This document shows, in pieces, positions 45,140-64,000 of a stretch of 64,000 nucleotides of DNA. Positions within the stretch are counted from its first letter, which is position 1. Every line of letters starts with the position of its first letter. The notes below the pieces were generated by a model. The model did not search any database, was not told the DNA's origin, and saw nothing but the letters and a program-made list of their open reading frames with translations. Source of the stretch: Macrostomum hystrix (Eukaryota; Animalia; Platyhelminthes). The stretch lies in NCBI GenBank assembly GCA_950097015.1, contig CATNEN010000033.1, positions 372,001 through 436,000 on the forward strand, written 5' to 3'. A program made the translations under genes and the position numbers.

Positions 45140-46375
45140 ATGCGTCGATCAACCAAGTGGATCATCCTGCGTAGGCTTACAATCATCCTGAGCCTGACGG
45201 GCCTGTTCTCACTGTGGTGGACCGGCTATCTTGCGCACCTTGCGCCAGAATGGCTCAACGCTAATGACGGAGTTCAACTTGTTGAAGTGACGACTGGCAG
45301 TGTTAAAAAGCTGCAACAGGATCAGCATAGAAATTTCAGAGAACAAAATTATAAGGTGGCTCCCAGGGCAGGCGATGGAACTTCTGATAAAGTTGAAATC
45401 ACAGCGCTGAGCGAAGCGGTGGGCTCCGGTAAAATCAAGACCGAAAGTACATATAGATTTACGGAACATGTTTTTACAACTCCGACAATGCCGGTCATTA
45501 CAGCTACAAGTACTTTGTATCTATCCGAGCCTAAAGCAGCAGAGCCATCCACCAATCAGCAGACGACTGTTGGATCGTCTGTGGAGCCACAGACTGAGCA
45601 GTCGACATTACACGGCCTATGCAGAAGTGGTCGTGGCGCTGCCGCGTTTCTAGTAGTCAGCGCCTCGTCACGCGAAGCAGAAGCTCAGAGGACCGCTGTG
45701 CTTTCCTCCTGGGGCGCAGAGCTGCATCGACAGCGCCGGCTAGTCTTTTTTGCCCCGGTCGCTCCTACAGAGACGACCCAAGCTTCAAAGCTTTCAGTTC
45801 AGGGCGACCTGCTGACCATCGCCGTTCCTGCGGGTCAAAACCGGATCCTGACCGGTCTGGTTTGGCTGCGCGCGCGATGTCCGAAGGTGCGTGCCATTGT
45901 CCTTACCAGCGACCGGTCCTTCTGGAATGTGCGTCGACTTGAGGAATTTTTAAAATCGCGCAAATTTGACTCCAGCGCCAAAGTGATTTACGGCCGATGG
46001 CCAAAGTCCGCTTCTAGGAGAGTGCTGGCCGCTCAGGCTGGCTTTATAATGCCTGGTCCCGCTGTAGACGCTCTCAAGCGAGCCGCAGCTCAAGCGACGA
46101 ACGACGGTGCGCTGTCTGATATGATCCCCGTGGCTGGACCCCTGATGGAGCTAGGCGGAGTGCGTCAAGTCCAGCTGCAAGGCGATGACCTGCTGCAGCA
46201 GGCGTCCCCTGATCGACCGATCCGGATTTCCCAGCTGGCCTGCCAGATCTTAAATCAGCGCCTGATGGCGATTCACGGCCTCGGCGCAGGGCAAACACTC
46301 AGGCTGTGGCGGCTGATCAGATCTTCCGGACTGATGTGTTTCAGAGAGCGCAAGAAGAAACATAAAAGAAACTGA
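45140..46375 (+). CDS. Intronless type II membrane GT31 (galactosyltransferase/fringe/core-1-like) protein, 411 aa, catalytic motifs degenerate
   Basis: Basic N-terminus, TM LTIILSLTGLFSLWWTGYL, S/T/P-rich stem, then R.AVLSSWG, LVFF, C..V..IVLTSDRSFWNV..L..FL, IYG, AGFIM....V..L, final IHGL......LW, matching GT31 motif order. Family assignment is by pattern recall. Confidence 0.78.
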   Translation: MRRSTKWIILRRLTIILSLTGLFSLWWTGYLAHLAPEWLNANDGVQLVEVTTGSVKKLQQDQHRNFREQNYKVAPRAGDGTSDKVEITALSEAVGSGKIKTESTYRFTEHVFTTPTMPVITATSTLYLSEPKAAEPSTNQQTTVGSSVEPQTEQSTLHGLCRSGRGAAAFLVVSASSREAEAQRTAVLSSWGAELHRQRRLVFFAPVAPTETTQASKLSVQGDLLTIAVPAGQNRILTGLVWLRARCPKVRAIVLTSDRSFWNVRRLEEFLKSRKFDSSAKVIYGRWPKSASRRVLAAQAGFIMPGPAVDALKRAAAQATNDGALSDMIPVAGPLMELGGVRQVQLQGDDLLQQASPDRPIRISQLACQILNQRLMAIHGLGAGQTLRLWRLIRSSGLMCFRERKKKHKRN

Positions 46376-47193
46376 AAATTTGAGACATGTACGCAAGGCA
46401 GTCGTTGTGTTGCGCCTACCGTGTGTAGCGTTGTCAAAAACCTATAGGGGGCCTACCAGCCTTCTTTTCTCGATGAATATAATAAAGTTGAGTGCCTCTG
46501 TCGTTTATTTTGTTAGTTTGTTATTGGAACTTGAGTTGTTAACCAATATATATAATTATAGCTCGTATATTATTTGCAGGCTCGTACATTTAGTATCATA
46601 CAATTACGTCCCATATCAGCGATTATAGTTGCGTGTAAATGTATGAGTCATGCCAATATTTTTATAAATAATAACCTAGAGAGGCAAACATGATTTGTAG
46701 ATGCGTGCGAAATCCCAGGGCAGCGGCCAGCTTAGCAATCTCCGTACAATCTCTTAAATGCGGTATTTATGGCCGGAGCTGGAAGTACTCAAATAAATAT
46801 TTGCTTTAAAATGCATGCCAACCATTGTACTGTAAAAAAGTAAACCTTTTTAAAGTGGGTATTTCCCGCATTGACCTTTTAGTTTTGCAGATTATATGAT
46901 GCCGAAATTCGTTTAAAATAGAATATTATACTCGTACCTACTATAAAATTAGCTTTGATCTTTTAATGGTACAAATTGTAGCTCCTGTGCCGTTGCTTTG
47001 ATTAGGTTAATTGGTTACGCTTTGATAAAAGTTTGCGGTTTGCGCATTACAAGTTGTGTTTAAAATATATAGGAGAGTAGATCTACTCCAAGTGGTATGC
47101 TCAGTAATATTTCAATGAGACAGGTTTCACCTGCCATCCAAGGTCCAAAGGCTGTCATTTCGCGTCATGCATGCTCTGCTGTTGTGTTGCCAG

Positions 47194-47520
47194 AGGTTGT
47201 AGCCTAGTGGTTAGAGCGTCGGACTCACGACTTGAAGGTCTGGGGTTCGATTCCCGACTCCACTGGAACAATTTGTGTCCTTTAGCAAGACACTTAACTC
47301 TGCATGCTTCAGTTCACCCAGCTGTTAAATGGGTACCAGGATTAGCTGGGATAATTGATCATTAAGGTGGGTGTGGCGTCCCCGCAGTCCATGGACTGAA
47401 CAGCCGTACGCAGCCTTCAGATGCGCCGCGCAATAGCTGCGGCTGTGCTGTCGGCTGCACATCTGACCCAATTGGGACAGGTGTAGTCAATTATTATTAT
47501 TATTATTTTATTATTAATTA
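47194..47520 (+). mobile_element. CORE-type SINE, family A, copy 2 (full length)
   Basis: Closely similar to 27473-27786; 7-bp target-site duplication ttgccag at 47187-47193 and 47521-47527; (tta)n tail. Confidence 0.92.
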
Positions 47521-49566
47521 TTGCCAGTTCGCTAGTTATGAGTTCAATGCGCAACAATAAATACTTTGCTTTGTTGAATATGCCACTTTACTTATATTAT
47601 ATACTTTTAAACTTCTTTATTGAGCACAATTTACAAGCGATCAAAATATGAGCAAGAATAGCTACTATCCTTGTTTAAAGTTTTTTTCTAAACAGAACAA
47701 TTTGAATTGTTGAATTCTTCGAAACTTACGGAGTTCACCTGATCTGATATGCACTGACTGACTGTCGATTTTCGTATGGGGAGTCATAGGCCACGGCCAC
47801 ATGTCCAATGCCACACCGCCCGCATTCAGCATCAGCACCATGAGCTCTAAAAAATCTGGCTTCTGGGGAGTCATGACTACCATTGCCATTGACCATCTGG
47901 CTACGGCACTACATATCTGCTGCCGAAATGTATTGGAATATTAAGCGTTTTTCATAATTTTAAATAATTTAAGATAATTCTAACTATTTGCTTACAATTA
48001 TACATGCGTATAAAGTAACACAAGCAAAACCATCACTCACACCACTTGTGGTTGTCCAGCACTTGTCCAGAAAACCATAGGCCTAGTTCTGAGATATCGT
48101 CAGCATTAAAGAAAGTCATTGTAAAAGCAGTTAACCAGATCTGTTTAAAAAACGAAACAGAAAAGCTTATATATCTTTTCCATAGATAAATTTTTATAAC
48201 TCTAGAGATAGGGCCTATGCCTACGTTGTATTTTTTACTTTCAATATTTAGCTAGGGGCCTATGTTTTAAAAATCTACAGCTATTTTTAGAAGAAATTAT
48301 GTAATTTTTGTGATTTGATTTTCTCCATTATTTTTCATGCCTAGTTTATACTTTATAGATTCTTCAAATTTCTAGATTAGCTAGGCCTATAGTCTTGTCA
48401 ATGTCTTAGTCATAAGCTATCATCATAATTGTCATCTATTTGGTATTGCTGGATAGGGCCTTTTAGGCATATTATCATAATCAATATATTAGGCCTAATA
48501 TTCTTGCTTAAGATAGGGTATTCAGTTAATATTTTTTTATATTATTTTAGTTTGTAGTAAAAAACTTGACTCTTTAAAATCCTAAAAACTAATTATGTAA
48601 CTTAATTTGAATGTAAAGTGCACTTAAAAAAGCTTGGTTGACTTATGAAATAGTAAAAAAGTATTTAAATTTTTTTCTCCTAATCAATCCTACAAGCTCG
48701 TATATATGACCACTTTTAAAAGTTTTTTTTCCAATACAAAAGTTATGTTTCCTACTTTTATAGGCCTAATCATAAGCTTTGTATTATAGCTATGAATATA
48801 CAAATTTAGACTTAATATAGACCATTGTTTTCCTAGTCTTAAAATGAGCTAAAGATAAATTAGTCATTTACAATTGCTTGACTATAATTAGCTGTATTTA
48901 TTTCATTATTTGAAAATGAGTTGCAGAGCAGTTTAACACATTTACCTCTTAAATCTAGGTTCCCTGTGCTTGGGTTCTTGTAGTGCAATTAATGACCTAG
49001 GGTGCTAAAATCCAATGGACAGTAAAAATGTATACTGCCCCCCCCCTATTTGAATTTTTGTACAAAGATCACAGAAATGCTCCAGAAAATTTAGAAAATA
49101 CCTTGTCCACAAAAGTGTCATTTTTCTTATAGGGATACTGCCTGAAAAAACTCAAGGCTAATGTACACCTATTTGAATATGTGCCCAGGGCTCAGATGAT
49201 ATGGCAGAACTGCTTTAGCTTGCTATGTGTCCACTGTTTGGTCCACCAAACAATGTGCCAAACTCACAGCCCTGCTTTGTGTAATATTATTGTTGTATTC
49301 ATCTTTATTATTAGAAAGTAAGAAAGTTCTGAGACTGAATAATTATTTACTTCCCCTGCCTGGCATGAATGCAAATATTTACTAATTTGTCCAATTATTT
49401 ACTAAAACCGGTGAATGCTGGGGTCAAATTACTTCAGCCTGTCACAATGATTCACTGGCCTCTTAATATATCGAATTCCAGTGCGATAGAGAAAAAAAAT
49501 CCTGGCTAGGTTGAGTTTCTGCAACAACTGCAGAGAATTTTCTTCCAAGGGCTGCAAAGCTATTCG

Positions 49567-58827
<9,261 letters not shown>

Positions 58828-58909
58828 TGGCGAAACAGAAGCTGTGCTCAGAACCAGTCAGAAACTAAAACCGGTTCACGTTAAAATTGGTTTTAAGAAT
58901 CTGGCTGTG

Positions 58910-59748
58910 TTCCCAGAATCTGGCTATGGGTTCCTAGAATCTGGCTATGGGTTCCTAGAATCTGGCTATGGGTTCCCAGAATCTGGCTATGGGTTCCTAG
59001 AATCTGGCTATGGGTTCCCAGAATCTGGCTATGGGTTTCTAGAATCTGGCTATGGGTTCCTAGAATCTGGCTATGGGCTCCTAGAATCTGGCTATGGGTT
59101 CCCAGAATCTGGCTATGGGTTCCTAGAATCTGGCTATGGGTTCCTAGAATCTGGCTATGGGTTTCTAGAATCTGGCTATGTGTTCCTAAAATCTGGCTAT
59201 GGGATCCTAGAATCTGGCTATGGGTTTCTAGAATCTGGCTATGGGTTTCTAGAATCTGGCTATGGGTTTCTAGAATCTGGCTATGGGTTCCTAGAATCTG
59301 GCTATGGGTTCCTAGAATCTGGCTATGGGTTCCTAGAATCTGGCTATGGGTTCCTAGAATCTGGCTATGGGTTCCTAGAATCTGGCTATGGGCTCCTAGA
59401 ATCTGGCTATGGGTTCCTAGAATCTGGCTATGTGTTCCTAGAATCTGGCTATGGGTTCCTAGAATCTGGCTATGGGTTTCTAGAATCTGGCTATGTGTTC
59501 CTAGAATCTGGCTATGGGTTCCTAGAATCTGGCTATGGGTTCCTAGAATCTGGCTATGGGTTCCTAGAATCTGGCTATGGGTTCCTACGCTCGTAGAATC
59601 TGGCTATGGGTTCCTAGAATCTGGCTATGGGTTCCTAGAATCTGGCTATGGGTTCCTAGAATCTGGCTATGGGTTCCTAGAATCTGGCTATGGGTTTCTA
59701 GAATCTGGCTATGTGTTCCTAGAATCTGGCTATGGGTTTCTAGAATCT
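58910..59748. repeat. 21-bp minisatellite (gaatctggctatgggttccta)n just 3' of the TRPML stop
   Basis: About 39 units; the LESGYGF ORF is its translation. Confidence 0.96.
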
Positions 59749-60431
59749 ACGAGTAGATACGGATTCTAACAATCAATAAGCGGTTTTAACTATCTGAAAA
59801 AGAAATATTTTTGTTTTGTATATTTGATTAGGCATCACTGAAATTCGGCTTTGAAAATTTCTCGCACCTTTTAACAGTTATTTTAATTATATGATATATT
59901 GCATGTGTATAATAAAATGTGCAGCTTTTTTAACGTTTTAACGAAATTAATTTCACTTAAATCTCTTTTTTCCTGGAGTCTTCCGATCACACTTACCACA
60001 GTTGAAATTTTTACAATATGAAATCTTACCAATTTTTATACAGCATATGCGCAACAGGCTACTGTTTGTCAGTAGCTAATCATGGAAGTAAACTTATATT
60101 AAGTGCTTATGTTTAACGATGATTTTGTGTTGACAATTTTTCCTTTGTAATGCCAATAACAATAAAATGAAAATCAACGTTCTGATTTTTGCAGCAAGCT
60201 CCGTCAGAATGATCATTGTCGGCTGGCATTCCATTATTAACAAATATTATGAGTTCATATAGCAGTTAAATCAACATTCGATTAGCTCACAGCTCAATGT
60301 AAGATTTACCTGCTCTGATTATTCCGCAATAAATAAAGGTTCTGGGGCGCTTGAGAAATTCGAATTCGATTGGATAATGCTCAACCTTTGCGTTTGCTGT
60401 TGGTGCAAAACATCTGTACTTTTGAAACTTA

Positions 60432-60720
60432 CTCAGATCCTCAGATTGAGCAGGTAATCTTTCAGATCCTCAGATTGAGCAGGTAATCTCCCAGATCCTC
60501 AGATTGAACAGAAAATCTCACTGATCCTCAGATTGAGCAGTCACTCTCACTGATCCTCAGATTGAGCAGTTAATCTCCCAGTTCCTCAGCTTGAGCAGTC
60601 ACTCTCACTGATCCTCAGATTGAGCAGTTAATCTCCCAGATCATCAGATTGAGCAGTTAATCTCCCAGATCCCATGTTTGAGCAGTCACTCTCACTGATC
60701 CCATGTTTGAGCAGTCACAC
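60432..60720. repeat. 29-bp minisatellite (cagatcctcagattgagcagKtaatctcc) upstream of the USP start
   Basis: About 10 degenerate units ending at ttgttgcag (60729-60737). Confidence 0.88.
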
Positions 60721-60756
60721 TTCTCGCATTGTTGCAGCTGCATTGCTCCAGCCACA

Positions 60757-62838
60757 ATGGGCTCCTACCTGAGTAGCGTCGCATCTTCATCAGCCGTTGC
60801 CGCAGCTTCGGGCGAAGCCCCCAGCTTCTCGGGCAACCCGTTGAACAGCGGCATTCCTCGCAGTCATCGGCGCGTATTAATCGCCGTTGACGAGTCGGCC
60901 GGAGCTCAGAAAGCGTTCGACTTCTGGAGCGGAGTCGCCGGCAGTCAGGATGACAGCATCCTGCTGGTCAATGCGGTTGAAGTTCCAAATATGCTCACCG
61001 GGCTTTTGCTGTCACCGTCTGGGTAAGCTTTCGCGACGTTTTTGAGAATGGACCAGCTGAGTAGATAGATGACCAGCTGAGTAGCTAGATGACGAGCTGA
61101 GTAGCTAGATGACCAGCTGAGTAAATAGATGACCAGCTGAGTAGATAGATGATGAGCTGAGTAGCTAGATGACGAGCTGAGTAGCTAGATGACCAGCTGA
61201 GTAGCTAGATGACGAGCTGAGTAGCTAGATGACCAGCTGAGTAGCTAGATGACCAGCTGAGTAGCTAGATGACGAGCTGAGTAGCTAGATGACCAGCTGA
61301 GTAGCTAGATGACCAGCTGAGTAGCTAGATGACCAGCTGAGTAGCTAGATGACCAGCTGAGTAGCTAGATGACCAGCTGAGTAGATAGATGACCAGCTGA
61401 GTAGATAGATGACGAGCTGAGTAGCTAGATGACCAGCTGAGTAGCTAGATGACCAGCTGAGTAGATAGATGACCAGCTGAGTAGCTAGATGACCAGCTGA
61501 GTAGATAGATGACCAGCTGAGTAGCTAGATGACCAGCTGAGTAGCTAGATGACGAGCTGAGTAGCTAGATGACCAGCTGAGTAGCTAGATGACCAGCTGA
61601 GTAGCTAGATGACCAGCTGAGTAGCTAGATGACGAGCTGAGTAGCTAGATGACCAGCTGAGTAGCTAGATGACCAGCTGAGTAGATAGATGACCAGCTGA
61701 GTAGATAGATGACGAGCTGAGTAGCTAGATGACCAGCTGAGTAGCTAGATGACCAGCTGAGTAGCTAGATGACCAGCTGAGTAGCTAGATGACCAGCTGA
61801 GTAGATAGATGACCAGCTGAGTAGCTAGATGACCAGCTGAGTAGCTAGATGACGAGCTGAGTAGCTAGATGACCAGCTGAGTAGCTAGATGACCAGCTGA
61901 GTAGATAGATGACCAGCTGAGTAGCTAGATGACGAGCTGAGTAGCTAGATGACCAGCTGAGTAGCTAGATGACCAGCTGAGTAGATAGATGACCAGCTGA
62001 GTAGCTAGATGACGAGCTGAGTAGCTAGATGACCAGCTGAGTAGCTAGATGACCAGCTGAGTAGCTAGATGACCAGCTGAGTAGCTAGATGACGAGCTGA
62101 GTAGCTAGATGACCAGCTGAGTAGCTAAATAACCTGCTTAGTAGCTAGATGACCAGCTTAGTAGCTAGATGACCAGCTGAGTAGCTAGATGACCAGCTGA
62201 GTAGATAGATGACCAGCTGAGTAGCTAGATGACGAGCTGAGTAGCTAGATGTCCAGCTGAGTAGCTAGATGACCAGCTGAGTAGATAGATGACCAGCTGA
62301 GTAGCTAGATGACGAGCTGAGTAGCTAGATGACCAGCTGAGTAGCTAGATGACGAGCTGAGTAGCTAGATGACCAGCTGAGTAGCTAGATGACCAGCTGA
62401 GTAGCTAAATAACCAGCTTAGTAGCTAGATGACCAGCTTAGTAGCTAGATGACCAGCTGAGTAGCTAGATGACCAGCTGAGTAGCTAGATGACCAGCTGA
62501 GTAGCTAGATGAAGTGAGCTCATGACCGGTGCTAATATGTGCTCCTCAGGTCCTTCGACTACACTGAGTACCAGAAGCAGACGAAGCCCTTGCTGGAGCG
62601 AGCCCAGCGCCTCAAAGCGGAGATGATGGCCAAATGCGAGAAGAGAAATCTGCGCTGCAAGTTCATCACGGAGGTTGGCAGTCCGGCTAACGCGGTGCTG
62701 GACGCGGCCAAGGACTTCTCGGCATCGGTCATTGTTGTGGGCAGCTGCGGTCAGAATTTTCACCTATTGGGCTCGGTTAGCAGCTATGTGTTGCAGCATT
62801 CCTGCCGACCTGTGATTGTTGTGCCCAGGTTCGACTGA
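60757..62838 (+). CDS. Universal stress protein (UspA domain), 184 aa; exons 60757-61022 and 62550-62838
   Basis: RRVLIAVDES..A.KAFDF, ILLVNAVE, G.PANAVLDAAK.....VIVVGS.G....LLGSVS.YVLQHS..PVIVVP; phase-2 gtaagc / cctcag splice restores the frame; start in gccacaATGg context. Confidence 0.92.
61050..62512. repeat. 20-bp minisatellite (gaccagctgagtagctagat)n filling the USP intron
   Basis: About 73 units, ~95% of the intron. Confidence 0.97.
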
Positions 62839-63068
62839 TTTGTATTGTTTCGAATGAGGGCCCGACAATGAGACTGTGAAATATAATATAGATATTCGCT
62901 ATCTAGAATTTCAAGTGCTGCAAGTGCGGAGTGATTTTTGCCAATTAATAGACGAGGAGGAAGGGTTTGTGCTTTTTCATTCTACTGAACACTCAATGAA
63001 ATATGTGGGGAGGTTATTGTGAGGCGGCTGTGACCCAACTGTGTTAGCTGGGATTTATACTCTCTACT

Positions 63069-63179
63069 GGCCAATCAGAAACGCCGAAAATAAAGCGGAC
63101 TTTTTATTTCATTCCACTGGCCAATCAGAGCCAAGCTCGAGGAAGAGGCTGAATTATTTCATGCCTCTAGCCAATCAGA
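63069..63179 (+). promoter_or_regulatory. Three CCAAT (NF-Y-type) boxes at exact 50-bp spacing
   Basis: ggccaatcaga, ggccaatcaga, agccaatcaga with CCAAT at 63071, 63121, 63171; intervening sequence differs. Confidence 0.6.
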
Positions 63180-64000
63180 GACGATGTGGGGTCGCGCTGT
63201 TGTTCTAATCAATAGCGAGATAGTAATTAAATAGAATTTTATCTAAAGCTGTTTGCAAATTGACCAAGTCTGTCTTTTAAGACAAAGTTAGATCTCAGTG
63301 TCGCGAGTAAGCACATCCATATCCAGAGTATGTCAGATCAAATGACGACTGTTTTGTAGAATAAAAACATTTTTAATGCTGCTAATGCGACATTAAAAAA
63401 ATTTATTTCCGCTGTCACTTAACAACAAAAATACCTAATAGCCTAACACAGAAAATGATCTTTTTTAAAGAGATGTTTTGCTCGTCTCTTCTCCAACATT
63501 TTTGGCTTCGTTTTGAGTTCTCTTTCGTCGCATTGTTTCGATTCTTTTTTGCACTGGCATAGATTTTTAGGCCCACTGTCGACGTAGCTTTTGTGCTTTA
63601 CTTATTTAACGTTATTTAACTCGAAATTAATTTACTATATTTATTCCGTGCGATAACATTTTTTAATAACCATACTATATTAAATACATTCTTCAGTTTT
63701 AGTTTTCCGATGCAAAATTCTGTGATACATTCGTGGTTTGTTTACTCTGCGATTTGCATATTAATATCGCTTCGCCGTTAATTGATTCTCACCTGTGTCA
63801 TTTTTGTACGTGTGTTCAGCAAATCCGACTGGATTCTATTCCATTGTGAATTGACAGTTTTTGTTAGAGAACAGCTAAAGCAAGTGGGAGAATGCAACAT
63901 TGTTAAAGAAAGTAAAGAAACGGGAGAAAAGACGGGAGAGAGTAAAGAAAAGTGGGAAAAGAGGAAGTTAAGGAAAGAAGGAAGACGAGGGGAGAAGGAA

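Noticed and set aside
47665-47920. GC-richer island in AT-rich DNA as an exon of an unseen gene or transposase
   Set aside because: No frame gave a recognisable domain and no partner exons were found.

Overview
Eukaryotic (animal) genomic DNA with GT-AG introns, GC-rich exons and about 40-45% tandem repeat by my rough tally. The gene set (USP, expanded WSC genes), GC-rich exons and minisatellite-stuffed introns suggest a free-living flatworm such as Macrostomum; this is inference and is not verified. Genes assembled by hand: an intronless orphan class A GPCR (-); the four 3' exons of a LYST/CHS1 orthologue (PH-BEACH-WD40, +); a five-unit tandem array of small secreted WSC + PAN/apple-like genes, only one unit intact in this sequence (+); a 15-exon, 860-aa ADAM metalloprotease with a mucin-like stalk (-), head-to-head with an intronless GT31/fringe-like glycosyltransferase that lacks the catalytic DxD (+); a 6-exon mucolipin/TRPML (+); and a 2-exon universal stress protein with an N-myristoylation motif (+). 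Two tRNA-derived SINE families are present (one CORE-type), with about 25 distinct minisatellites, many confined to single introns. Most ORF-track entries are translated repeats or off-frame shadows of real exons. The best candidate for an undescribed system is the WSC-PAN array: an old unit plus a duplicated X/Y pair, with a ninth cysteine at a different position in each paralogue type. The DxD-less GT31 protein paired with the mucin-stalk ADAM is the next best.
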